Assembly: GCA_038208905.1 (NCBI GenBank)
Contig: JBBQYG010000003.1
Span: forward strand, 2,697 to 66,696
DNA: 64,000 bases
Source: Candidatus Sumerlaeia bacterium
GTDB taxonomy: Bacteria > Sumerlaeota > Sumerlaeia > SLMS01
Direction of reading: 5' to 3'
Part shown: positions 29,207 through 38,440 of the stretch, piece after piece
Numbering within the stretch: the first letter of the stretch is position 1
Layout of the letters: every line of letters starts with the position of its first letter
Made by a program: the position numbers and the translations under genes
Notes under the pieces: generated by a model
Databases searched by the model: none
What the model saw: the letters and a program-made list of their open reading frames with translations, nothing else
What the model was told of the DNA's origin: nothing

Positions 29207-30259
29207 TTAGGGCCACATGCCCGGCCAGGAGAGCGGCGACGTCGCAGCCGCCGGGTCCAGGCCGTGCATCAGATAGAGGGATTCCACGCCCTGCCCGGCG
29301 CCGCCCTTCAGCAGGTTGTCGATCGTTGCCACCACGTGAAGGCGCCCATCCTCGCCAACGCGCGCCCGGACTTCGGCGTAGTTGGTTCCCGCGATGGAAC
29401 CGCACTCCGGCTCGCGGTCGCCGAGCACCTTCACAAAGGGCCCGCGCTTCGCGTAGAAGTCGCGATAGAGTGCCGCGGTTTCCTTCTGGGACATTGCCCC
29501 GCCCAGTTCCGCCGAAACCGATACCAGAATGCCGCGCACGATCGGCGCGGAGATCGGGATGAAGCTGAGTCCGCCGAGCGCCGAGCCCGCATCGCCCGCG
29601 AGCTGTAGAATTTCTGGCGTGTGCTGGTGCTTCAAGACCTTGTAGGGACGAATCGTCTGAGCGCGTGTGGGATGATGTGTCGTGGCCGTATGCTCGGCCC
29701 CCGCGCCGGAGGAACCGGTCAGCCCCGTGACGACGGGAATGCCGCGCAGCAGCCCCGCGCTCGCCGCCGGAAGAAGCGCCAGATTGATCGCCGTGGCAAA
29801 GCACCCCGGCGCCGCCACCAGCTGGGCGCCTGCGATGCGTTCGGCGTTGAGTTCCGTGCAGCCATACACCGAGCGCGCCAGCAAGTCGGGCCGCGGATGG
29901 TCGTGCTCGTACCAGCGCTTGTAGGACTCCGCGTCGCGCAGCCGGAAATCGCCGCTCAGGTCGATGACGCGCATTCCAGCATCGATGAACCAGGAAAGCG
30001 TCTCCGCCGAGGCGCCGTGTGGGAGCGCGCCGATGATGACGTCCGACTTCTCCGCGATCTCCTCGCGCGATGGGTCCGAAAAACAGAGTTCCGTCAGCCC
30101 ATCCAGATTGCGGTGAACGCCACCCACCGGCGTGCCGCCCTTGGCGCGGCTGGTCGCAAAGGCGATGCGGAACTCGGGCGCGCGCAGCAGAAGTCTGAGA
30201 AGTTCACCGCCGCCGTAGCCCGTCGCTCCCAGGATCGAAACCCGGATCGGAGCGCTCAT
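29207..30259 (-). CDS. argC: N-acetyl-gamma-glutamyl-phosphate reductase
   Basis: Start at internal MSAPIRVSILGATGYGGGELLRLL, where its ATG overlaps the stop of the upstream gene (ATGA). Catalytic-Cys region LVAAPGCFATAINLAL. Confidence 0.9.
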   Translation of the reverse strand: MSAPIRVSILGATGYGGGELLRLLLRAPEFRIAFATSRAKGGTPVGGVHRNLDGLTELCFSDPSREEIAEKSDVIIGALPHGASAETLSWFIDAGMRVIDLSGDFRLRDAESYKRWYEHDHPRPDLLARSVYGCTELNAERIAGAQLVAAPGCFATAINLALLPAASAGLLRGIPVVTGLTGSSGAGAEHTATTHHPTRAQTIRPYKVLKHQHTPEILQLAGDAGSALGGLSFIPISAPIVRGILVSVSAELGGAMSQKETAALYRDFYAKRGPFVKVLGDREPECGSIAGTNYAEVRARVGEDGRLHVVATIDNLLKGGAGQGVESLYLMHGLDPAAATSPLSWPGMWP

Positions 30260-31356
30260 TCCCGGATCTCGACGGTCAGGCCAACTTCCTTCGCGATCAT
30301 GCGGGCAAGCTCCATCGGCTCGTTTCGCGCGTTCGCGCAGGCGATGCCCATCGTGCCGGTGATGTAGGTCGTCCCCACGTCGTTGTCCGTCACGGGTCCG
30401 CTGATCACCTGGGGCTTGTGCTTCAGATCGTCCAGAAAGATCACGCCGCCCCACGCGCCCACCAGATCATTGGCGCACAGGATGCGCGCCGCCGTGCGGT
30501 GAAGGATCGATGGATCCTTCAGAATGCTATCCAGGTGATAGCCGCCGATGACGCCGTCGCCGAGTTCGAGCAGGATCATCTCCGGCTGGCTCTTCTCCAG
30601 CTCCGCGATGACAGAGCGCGCCACCGATGCCAGATCCGTGGCGTTCACCGTGCTTGGCAGTCCGCAATCGAGGAACGAGCACGTCTCCACCGCGCCGTTG
30701 TCGCGCATCGAGAGCACGTCCCTCAGCGCGGCCACGCCGGACAGCTTCCCCGCGGCGATGCGCACTCCGCTATGGCTCAGTATGCGGATTACCTCGCTTG
30801 CGGCATAGGTCTTTCCGCTGTTCATGCACGTGCCCAGAACGAGCACGATAGGCGGGCCCTCTGTGGGAATCGAATCGCACGGCGGCAGCGCGTAGTCGCG
30901 GATGTTCAACAGCTTGCCGTTGCGCGTCGCCTGACCCAGAACCTTGCACGGGATCGGCATTCCAAGCGCGCGGCTGGCCGACTTGCAGATGCCCATCACG
31001 CCGCCGATATTTAGCAGGTGGATCTCGTCGCCCATCGCGATCGTGGGCGGAACGATTCCCATATAGCCGTGCAGCGCCTGGCGCGCGCCCAGCACGCCGA
31101 CCAGGATATTCCCCGAGACCACCTTGGACATGCGCCCCGTGGGGAGTTCCAACTCGCCGTAAACCTTCCGCTCGCCCAGCGCCCGGACGACGATCACCGC
31201 GCCCTCCTCGGCAAGGCACTCTTCGCTCACCTCGACGATGTTGCCCAATCGCGCCGGGGAAGTCGCCGAGCCAATACGGTCCAAACGAATCTTTCGCGTA
31301 AATCGCAGCGGCGATTGCGGGGCATTGGCGGCATCCGGCGACGGCGAATCGGGCAA
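30256..31356 (-). CDS. DUF1611-like protein with non-classical P-loop (VLVLGTCMNSGKTYAASE), first gene of the arg operon
   Basis: 366 aa, two-domain composition. The GxxxxGKT-like motif sits mid-protein. Translationally coupled to argC. The DUF1611 assignment is from memory of family hallmarks, not a search. Confidence 0.5.
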   Translation of the reverse strand: MPDSPSPDAANAPQSPLRFTRKIRLDRIGSATSPARLGNIVEVSEECLAEEGAVIVVRALGERKVYGELELPTGRMSKVVSGNILVGVLGARQALHGYMGIVPPTIAMGDEIHLLNIGGVMGICKSASRALGMPIPCKVLGQATRNGKLLNIRDYALPPCDSIPTEGPPIVLVLGTCMNSGKTYAASEVIRILSHSGVRIAAGKLSGVAALRDVLSMRDNGAVETCSFLDCGLPSTVNATDLASVARSVIAELEKSQPEMILLELGDGVIGGYHLDSILKDPSILHRTAARILCANDLVGAWGGVIFLDDLKHKPQVISGPVTDNDVGTTYITGTMGIACANARNEPMELARMIAKEVGLTVEIRE

Positions 31357-31618
31357 TGGAGGGTGTCCCTTGTCGTGAAAATGAAAATCGCCGCGGCGGA
31401 TGCCCCGGAGACCGGGTCAAGTAGAGGGAAATGGCGGGGTGTCACAATGCCAATTTCGAGCGGGGGAGACGAGCACGGGAGTTCCATCGCGAATCACTCG
31501 ACCGGATTCGACGTCGAGGCGAATTCCGACTTGCCCTAAGACGCAACCAACTGAGTTGCTGCAACAAGGCCGGACTTCAGGAGGTCGTTGCTTGGCAAAG
31601 AAACAGCAACAGAGCCGA

Positions 31619-33730
31619 ATGCTTATCGGCGACATGCCGATCTACGAGGCGATTCGGCAGGGCTCGTCTGGTCAGGCGTCTGGCCCGGACAAGCTGAAGT
31701 TCGAACGGACGGCGCAGGTCCTTGCCGACGCCGCTGTGGAGAGCCACCAGCCGATCAACATCGGCGTGTATGGCAAGTGGGGCACCGGCAAGACCAGCCT
31801 CATGCGGCTGATGATGGAGAAGGTCCGCGACCCCGAGCGCGTCACTCCCGCGATCCCCGCCTGGTTCAATGCTTGGCAATACGAGCGTGACGAACACCTG
31901 ATCGTCCCGTTGATCGCGACGATCAACCGGGAGATCGAGCGTGAGATCGCCCAGATGGAGAAATCCCTACCCGCTCTGGAAAAAGCCAAGAGAGATGTAA
32001 AACAGGCACTCGTCACTGGCGCAAAGAAGCTCCACGCCGCCCTACGCTCCGTCGCCTACGGCTTCGCGATAAGGGGGAAGGTCGGCATTCCGATGATGGC
32101 CGAGGCGGACGTCAACCTTTCAGGGAAGGACATGGTCAACCGCTATCAGGAGCTGACCAAGGACTCCGTTCTTGCACGGAGTCTCTACTTCGACGCCTTC
32201 GAAGAACTGCGAAAGCTTTCCGACGGCAAAGAAATCCCACGTCCCCGCATCGTTGTCTTTGTCGATGACCTCGACCGCTGTTTTCCCGACAAGGCCGTGG
32301 AGCTTCTGGAGGGCATCAAGCTCGTCCTTCACCAGCCCGGCTTCTGCTTCGTTCTGGGCGTCAACGACGGGATCATCCGGGAGTATGTGAGGACCAAGTA
32401 CACCAAGGACTACAACATCGACATCGAGAAGGTTGACTTCAACTACCTCGAGAAGATCGTTCAGGTGGAAGTCCGCGTCCCCGAGCGGGCACCGGATGCC
32501 ATGACGGACTACATCGAAAGCCTACTGTCGGATGCGGGTATGCTAGAGGAGTTTTGCCCGCAAGGCGGCAGGCAAGTCGACAGGGACGTCCTCTTTGCCG
32601 CTGTCGCCATCGCGGGTCGCCAGAATCCGCGAGAGATCGTGCGAAGACTGAACAAGTTGATCCTTGCGTGGCGCCTGCAGGAAGCCGATGAGTTTCAACT
32701 CCTCGATCTCCTGCTCAACGACATCATACCTCCGCAATTGAAGTCCCGGCTGGATTCTCCGGTCGGTAGTGAAGACACCCCTATGACCCTTGCTGAACTT
32801 ATTCTGGCAATTGTCGTCAAGGCCGACCAGCATGCTACCGCAGAGGACTTTGTGGAGCACCTCAAGCGCGAGGTGCTCAGTAATAAATCGATCACCGCCG
32901 CTTACATCGACAAGATTCCCGACCATGAACTGCCCTCCCTCGCCATGCTACGAACCTTGCCCGGCAAGCGGTGGCTTGGGGACAAGAACTTGCGATCAGG
33001 TTTGGCCAAGATTGTTGTCGAAGCCACGGAAACACAGCCGAGTTCGGTCGTCCCGCAGGAGAGTGAACTCGTCCAGCGCGCCATCCGCGAAATCGAGCGC
33101 GACATGGTGGATATTCCCGGGGGTGACTTCATGATGGGGGAGGACGAGAGTAGCGTCGAGGTCAGGCTCTCCGCCTTCAAGATGTCAAAGTACCAAGTCA
33201 CTCAGGATGTCTACGAAGCCATCACGGGAAAAAATCCATCAAAATTCAAAGGCCCAAGGATGCCCGTTGAGTCCGTCTCTTGGAGCGATGCGGAGGTGTT
33301 CTGTGGACGGCTTTCATCATTGACTGGCAGAATCTGGCGCCTGCCGACGGAGGCACAATGGGAGTATGCCTGCAGGGCGGGATCCCAGACAGCGTATTGT
33401 TTTGGTGACGACGGGGCGAAACTCGAAGAATATGCTTGGTTCGAAAAAAACTCCGGGCAATCGACTCATCCGGTCGGCGGGAAGAAGCCCAACAAATTCG
33501 GGCTGTACGACGTGCACGGCAACGTGTGGGAGTGGTGCGCGGATTGGCATGGGTCCTCGCTTCCGGGCGGGACGGACCCGACGGGGCCTTCGTCGGGTTC
33601 GTACCGCGTGGCTCGCGGCGGCAGCTGGTTCGGCAACGCCCAGAACTGCCGGTCGGCCAATCGTTTCATCATCGTCCCGTCGTTCCGGATCAGCTACTTC
33701 GGGTTCCGCGTTCTTTCTCCAGTCCAGTGA
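31619..33730 (+). CDS. KAP-family P-loop NTPase fused to C-terminal FGE-sulfatase (SUMF1/formylglycine-generating-enzyme-like) domain
   Basis: Start at internal MLIGDMPIY (ATG 31619), where the ORF track begins at 31400. Walker A GVYGKWGTGKTSL and KAP-type Walker B IVVFVDDLDRCFPDKAVELLEGIKLVL. C-terminal FGE hallmarks MVDIPGGDFMMG, WRLPTEAQWEYACRAG, GLYDVHGNVWEWCADW, VARGGSWF. No TM segments. Confidence 0.8.
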   Translation: MLIGDMPIYEAIRQGSSGQASGPDKLKFERTAQVLADAAVESHQPINIGVYGKWGTGKTSLMRLMMEKVRDPERVTPAIPAWFNAWQYERDEHLIVPLIATINREIEREIAQMEKSLPALEKAKRDVKQALVTGAKKLHAALRSVAYGFAIRGKVGIPMMAEADVNLSGKDMVNRYQELTKDSVLARSLYFDAFEELRKLSDGKEIPRPRIVVFVDDLDRCFPDKAVELLEGIKLVLHQPGFCFVLGVNDGIIREYVRTKYTKDYNIDIEKVDFNYLEKIVQVEVRVPERAPDAMTDYIESLLSDAGMLEEFCPQGGRQVDRDVLFAAVAIAGRQNPREIVRRLNKLILAWRLQEADEFQLLDLLLNDIIPPQLKSRLDSPVGSEDTPMTLAELILAIVVKADQHATAEDFVEHLKREVLSNKSITAAYIDKIPDHELPSLAMLRTLPGKRWLGDKNLRSGLAKIVVEATETQPSSVVPQESELVQRAIREIERDMVDIPGGDFMMGEDESSVEVRLSAFKMSKYQVTQDVYEAITGKNPSKFKGPRMPVESVSWSDAEVFCGRLSSLTGRIWRLPTEAQWEYACRAGSQTAYCFGDDGAKLEEYAWFEKNSGQSTHPVGGKKPNKFGLYDVHGNVWEWCADWHGSSLPGGTDPTGPSSGSYRVARGGSWFGNAQNCRSANRFIIVPSFRISYFGFRVLSPVQ

Positions 33731-33925
33731 CGTGGGCCAAGGGGCGGAGGCCGGGCGGGGGGGCTGCGGGCCGACGGGACGGAGGCCGAGCGGAGCGAGA
33801 GCGGGCACCCCGACCGAGCCGGAGCGATCCGGGCGGCGGGGACGGTTGACCGGGGGAAGCCCGCCCTTCGCGTTGCGTCCCTACCGCCGCTGGCCAGAGG
33901 CTCCCACCACTCGGAGCCACCCGCC

Positions 33926-35905
33926 TTGCCAGAGCGCCTCTCGCCCCTCCCCGTCGTCCTGCTCGCGCTCTTCGCGGCCCTGCTGGCGTTCTTCCCCATC
34001 GTCAGCGTGGACATCTGGTGGCACCTGAAAACCGGCGACTGGATTCTCGCGGAGGGTCGCCTTCCCACCCGCGACCTGTTCACCTACACCGTTTCGCCGG
34101 AAACGCGGTGGTACGACACCCAATGGCTCTTCCAGGTGGCCGTGGCGCTGGCCTATCGGGCGGGCGGCTGGTCGGGGCTCATCGCGCTGCGCATGGCGGC
34201 GTGCGCCGCGATCGGCGTGGTGCTCTACCTCTGGCTCGCGGAGCGCCGCCTTCCCCCGTGGGCCGCCCTGGCCGCCGGGGCCGTCGTCCTCGCGGCGATG
34301 CGCTACCGATTCTTCCAGCGGCCAGAGCTGTATAGCTTTCTATACATCGCCATTCAGCTCTGGCTCCTCGACCGCGCCAGCAGGCGTGGACGGCTCGAAC
34401 TGCACTGGCTTGTTCCCCTTCAACTCCTGTGGTCGTGGACGCATAGTTCCTGCATCCTCGGAATCTTCGTGGCGGGAGTGTGGTCGATCTGGCAGTTGGT
34501 CAGAAACAAGTCGCTCGTTCTTTCCGCAGCGGGGGAGACCTCGGTCTGGTGGCCCCTTCGCGCGCCGCTCTTCTATCTCGCGGTGGCCGTGCTGGCGACG
34601 CTCGCGAATCCCAATGGAATCGTGCAGTTGACCTACGGATTTGGCGAGGGAACCAAGCTCTTTATCGAGGAGTTCCTACCTCCCCGGCCCGCATTCTTCC
34701 TCAGCCCGATGGGCCTCGTCCTCCTCCTTGCGGCAGGGGGCCTCGGTGGCATCTGGCGCAGGAGGGATGTTTTCCTCGCCGTCCTCGTGGCCGTTTTCCT
34801 GACTCAATCGTTCCGCATGGTGCGCTTCTTTCCCTACGCCGCAATTGCGGCGGCGCCGCTGGTGGCTGCGTGCCTCGTGGAGGTTGCGCGCCTGCTCGCC
34901 CACAAGCCGCGATGGACACGATTCGCCTGTGGGGGATTGGGCCTGGGCGTGTTCGTCGCCCTTGCCGTACTCTCCTTCAGCACGGACCGGAAGACTCCCT
35001 TTCGTGGTGGTACCTCGGGACAGAACGAGCCAGCCGCGGCGGTCGATTTCATCCTGAAGGAGAACATCCCCGGCCACCTCTTCCACCTACCTGATGACGG
35101 CGCCTACCTCCTCTGGCGTCTTGCGCCACGCGGCAAGGTGATGGCCTTCAACGAGACGCGACTGAATGCGGAATTGCTCGAGCGCGTCTCGTCCCTCTCC
35201 GGCGGAACCGCGTGGCGTCGCCTCGCCGACGAGCTCCAATGCACCCATTTCCTCGTGCCGACCAACGCGTTCATCGGCGGCCCAGAGTCGCCCAGCATCG
35301 CCACCATGATCCAGTCATGGCCCGGATGGATTCCGGTTTTCTGGGACGATGACTACATCGTCTTCGCGCGAGAGATCCCGGAACTCGCTGAAATGATCCA
35401 GCGTCGCCGCTCGGGTTTCTTTCCCGAGTGGATTCCTCGCCGCGGCGTCGCGGGCGGGGATCCGGTCGGCTTGCAGACTACCCTGCGCGATCCCGCCGCG
35501 TGGGAGGCGCTTCGCCCCGAGCTCGAGCGCGCCATCGCGGAGAGCCCACACCACTTCTGCGCCGCCTACGCTCTCGGCGTCGGAAACGATCTCCTCGACC
35601 GCAACCCGGTTGAGGCGATGCGGCACTTTCGCATCGCCGAATCCTTCGACTCCCGCGCCCCCGACCTTCTTTCCCTGATGGGAGTTCGTCTTTTCAAGGA
35701 TGGCGATCCCGCGCAGGGAAGGCTCTACCTCTCGCGCGCCGCGCGCAACACTCCGGCGCCGGAGGAGGCCCTTTGCAATCTCGCGATGGCGGAACTCCTC
35801 TACGGCGAAAAGGCCGAGGCGGCGCGCCTTGCAGCCGAGGTTCTGCGCATGGTCCCCAACCACCCCCGCGCCACCGACCTCGCGAAGCGCCTTAACACGC
35901 CTTAG
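33926..35905 (+). CDS. Polytopic membrane protein (~11-13 TM) with C-terminal soluble TPR-like domain
   Basis: 659 aa. The N-terminal 2/3 is hydrophobic (VDIWWHLKTGDWILAEGRLPTRDLFTYT motif in the first loop). The C-terminal ~150 aa is helical-repeat-like (AAYALGVGNDLLDRNPVEAMRHFRIAESFDSRAPDLLSLMG...). Confidence 0.55.
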   Translation: MPERLSPLPVVLLALFAALLAFFPIVSVDIWWHLKTGDWILAEGRLPTRDLFTYTVSPETRWYDTQWLFQVAVALAYRAGGWSGLIALRMAACAAIGVVLYLWLAERRLPPWAALAAGAVVLAAMRYRFFQRPELYSFLYIAIQLWLLDRASRRGRLELHWLVPLQLLWSWTHSSCILGIFVAGVWSIWQLVRNKSLVLSAAGETSVWWPLRAPLFYLAVAVLATLANPNGIVQLTYGFGEGTKLFIEEFLPPRPAFFLSPMGLVLLLAAGGLGGIWRRRDVFLAVLVAVFLTQSFRMVRFFPYAAIAAAPLVAACLVEVARLLAHKPRWTRFACGGLGLGVFVALAVLSFSTDRKTPFRGGTSGQNEPAAAVDFILKENIPGHLFHLPDDGAYLLWRLAPRGKVMAFNETRLNAELLERVSSLSGGTAWRRLADELQCTHFLVPTNAFIGGPESPSIATMIQSWPGWIPVFWDDDYIVFAREIPELAEMIQRRRSGFFPEWIPRRGVAGGDPVGLQTTLRDPAAWEALRPELERAIAESPHHFCAAYALGVGNDLLDRNPVEAMRHFRIAESFDSRAPDLLSLMGVRLFKDGDPAQGRLYLSRAARNTPAPEEALCNLAMAELLYGEKAEAARLAAEVLRMVPNHPRATDLAKRLNTP

Positions 35906-35908
35906 GCC

Positions 35909-37267
35909 CTATTTCCCAATGCAAAACGTGCTGAACACCGCGTCGAGGATATCCTCGTCGAGGCTTCCCTTCCCCAGCAGCGCATCGATTTCCGACAACG
36001 CCAGTGCGAGGTCGAGCACCACGAATTCCGGCGACATGTTCCGCGCGTGCGCCGCGGATGCCGACTGCAACGACTCACGCGCGGCGGAAAGCGCTGCCTC
36101 GTGCCGCGCGCTGGCGATCACCGGCTCGTCGTTGTTCGCATCGTACCCCAAAAAGTGCGCCCTAATCGCCGCCTCCAGCTCGGCGATGCCCTCGCGCGTC
36201 GCCGCGCTGACGCGCAGCGCCCCCTGTATATGCGTGAACGGAGCAAGATCGCACTTGCTCACGACGGGCATGTGCGGGAACTCGCTGACGCGATACTCCT
36301 CTTCCCCGTACCTGGAAACCTCTGCCGCGTCGATCAGATAGAGCACCAGATCCGCCGCCGCCAATTCGTCCCGGGTCTTCGCGATGCCGATCGCCTCGAT
36401 CTCCTCGGCCGCCGACCGGAGCCCCGCCGTATCGATAAGGGTGAGTGGAATTCCTCCCAGGTCGATTGTCGCCTCGATCGTGTCGCGCGTCGTGCCCGGA
36501 TGCGGAGACACGATCGCGCGCTCGCGCCCGACGAGGGCATTGAACAGCGACGACTTTCCCGCGTTCGGCGGTCCCGCCAGCACCACCCGCGCACCACCCG
36601 CGATCACACGCCCGCGGCGCATGGAATCGAGCACCAATGCAAGATCGCGATCCGCATCGCGCAACGCGCCTGCGACCATCTCGCGGGCAAGCGGTGGAAG
36701 TTCCTCTTCCGGATAGTCCACCGCGGCCTCCAGCTCCGCAGTCGCCTGCACCAGCCGCGCGCGGGTGGCCAGCAGCCTTCGCGAGAGGCCACCACCGAGC
36801 TGGTGCAGCGCAACGCGCCGTGCCGCGTCCGTTGCCGACGCCGACAGCGCCGCCACCGATTCGGCCTGCGCCAGATCCAGCTTTCCATTGAGGAACGCGC
36901 GCCGTGTGAACTCGCCTGGCTGCGCGGCCCGCGCGCCCGCCGCGATCAATGCCCGCATGGCCCGATCCACGATGGCGGGTGAGCCGTGCAAGTGGAACTC
37001 CGCCATGTCTTCGCCGGTGTAGGAGGCGGGCGCCACCCACTGCACCGCGAGGCACTGGTCGATGGTCTCGCCACCCGCCGCATCGCGCAGATGCCCCAGC
37101 ACCATGCGCGCCGGGTCTAGTTCCGAATGCCGGGAAAAAACTGATTCAACCAACGCCGCCGTGCCCGCCCCGCTCACTCGCACGATGGCAATTGCCCCGG
37201 CGCCCGGCGCCGTGGCGGGGGCCGCAATCGTGTCGCGCGGCGATGCGGTGGCCGTGGCGCGCGCCAT
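35909..37267 (-). CDS. mnmE: tRNA modification GTPase MnmE (TrmE)
   Basis: G-domain GPPNAGKSSLFNAL, DTAG, and C-terminal ...FCIGK motif. 452 aa. Confidence 0.9.
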   Translation of the reverse strand: MARATATASPRDTIAAPATAPGAGAIAIVRVSGAGTAALVESVFSRHSELDPARMVLGHLRDAAGGETIDQCLAVQWVAPASYTGEDMAEFHLHGSPAIVDRAMRALIAAGARAAQPGEFTRRAFLNGKLDLAQAESVAALSASATDAARRVALHQLGGGLSRRLLATRARLVQATAELEAAVDYPEEELPPLAREMVAGALRDADRDLALVLDSMRRGRVIAGGARVVLAGPPNAGKSSLFNALVGRERAIVSPHPGTTRDTIEATIDLGGIPLTLIDTAGLRSAAEEIEAIGIAKTRDELAAADLVLYLIDAAEVSRYGEEEYRVSEFPHMPVVSKCDLAPFTHIQGALRVSAATREGIAELEAAIRAHFLGYDANNDEPVIASARHEAALSAARESLQSASAAHARNMSPEFVVLDLALALSEIDALLGKGSLDEDILDAVFSTFCIGK

Positions 37268-37270
37268 GGG

Positions 37271-38350
37271 CTAGGGAGCCTCGATGCTGAACTCTTCTGC
37301 CTGGCGCGATTCGTTCTCCACGCCCAGCCAGAACCGGTCGGCGTCCACCGATACCTCGATCGGCTCCAGCGCGTATCCGTCCGCCAGGATGATATCGGTG
37401 TCCTCGCGCAGCTTCACCAGCCGGCGCCGTTCCTCCTCGCGGAACTTCACCGCATACTCCTGCATACCCGGCGTCTCGAAATCGATGACCTGGAACAAGT
37501 GGACGCCATCCTCAAGGACGATAGGGGCGGAAGTCTCCCCCATCTTGAGTTCGCTCACCGAGTCCCAGATCGCGGGCTTCACCTGCTCTCTGCGAAACCA
37601 CCCCAGCGCGCCGCCGGACTTCTGCGTCTGGCGGTCGTCGCTGTGGAGCCGGGCCGCCTCGGTGAAGTCCAGTCCCGCCGCGATGTCGCGCCGGACACGG
37701 AGCGCGCGCTCGCGGGCGTCCGTGATCGCGGCCTCGTCACTCCCCGCTGGCAGCACGAGGATGTGTGCGATGCGTACCTCCGAGGCCTCGCTCACCTTTC
37801 CATCGAATGGCGTCGCGCCTCCGAGGTCCGCATAGACCCCCACACCATCTCGGACAAGGATGTTATTGCGAGCCTGAGTTTTCACCCAGTCGCGGAACTC
37901 CGTGGGGTCGATTCCGGCCTCTCCCATGAGCGCAACCAGCGCCACCGCGCCACCGGCCAGATCGGCATAGCGCTCCATCGCCGACTGGTATCGGAGCGCG
38001 ACCGCCTCCTCCCGCGGCGGAGTCACTTGCAGCTCCGCCCAGGCGGCCAGCATGGCGTCATTAACAGCCTGAGTCAGGTACTTGCGGCGGAGCGCCTCGT
38101 CGGCCTCGCCCTCCCGGTCGGGGTTCAGAAGCCGGCTCTCGAACACCCACAAGTCCAGATCCCGCTGGGTATAAACCCGGCGCTGGGCCACTGCAACCAC
38201 CCGGTCGGCCTCGCCCCGGGCGGCAAGGATGGGTGTCGGGGATGATGCCAAAAGCAATATCCACAGGGCTCTGGAAACGCCGAATCGCGTCACGCGGTCG
38301 AAAATATTCGCCGTAAATCGACGGCTCGTCATGGTCTCATTGACTCGCAA
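37271..38350 (-). CDS. Parvulin-type peptidyl-prolyl cis-trans isomerase (SurA/PpiD-like), secreted
   Basis: Signal sequence present. Parvulin domain VRIAHILVLPAG...GGALGWFRREQVKPAIWDSV...GETSAPIVLEDGVHLFQVID. Confidence 0.75.
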   Translation of the reverse strand: MRVNETMTSRRFTANIFDRVTRFGVSRALWILLLASSPTPILAARGEADRVVAVAQRRVYTQRDLDLWVFESRLLNPDREGEADEALRRKYLTQAVNDAMLAAWAELQVTPPREEAVALRYQSAMERYADLAGGAVALVALMGEAGIDPTEFRDWVKTQARNNILVRDGVGVYADLGGATPFDGKVSEASEVRIAHILVLPAGSDEAAITDARERALRVRRDIAAGLDFTEAARLHSDDRQTQKSGGALGWFRREQVKPAIWDSVSELKMGETSAPIVLEDGVHLFQVIDFETPGMQEYAVKFREEERRRLVKLREDTDIILADGYALEPIEVSVDADRFWLGVENESRQAEEFSIEAP

Positions 38351-38440
38351 GGGACTCTCTGGCTCAATTCACCCTGATCTAAGCGGACCCCGCGCGGTGA
38401 ACCCTCGCGTCGCCAACCCAGTTACCGGAGGCGCTCCATC

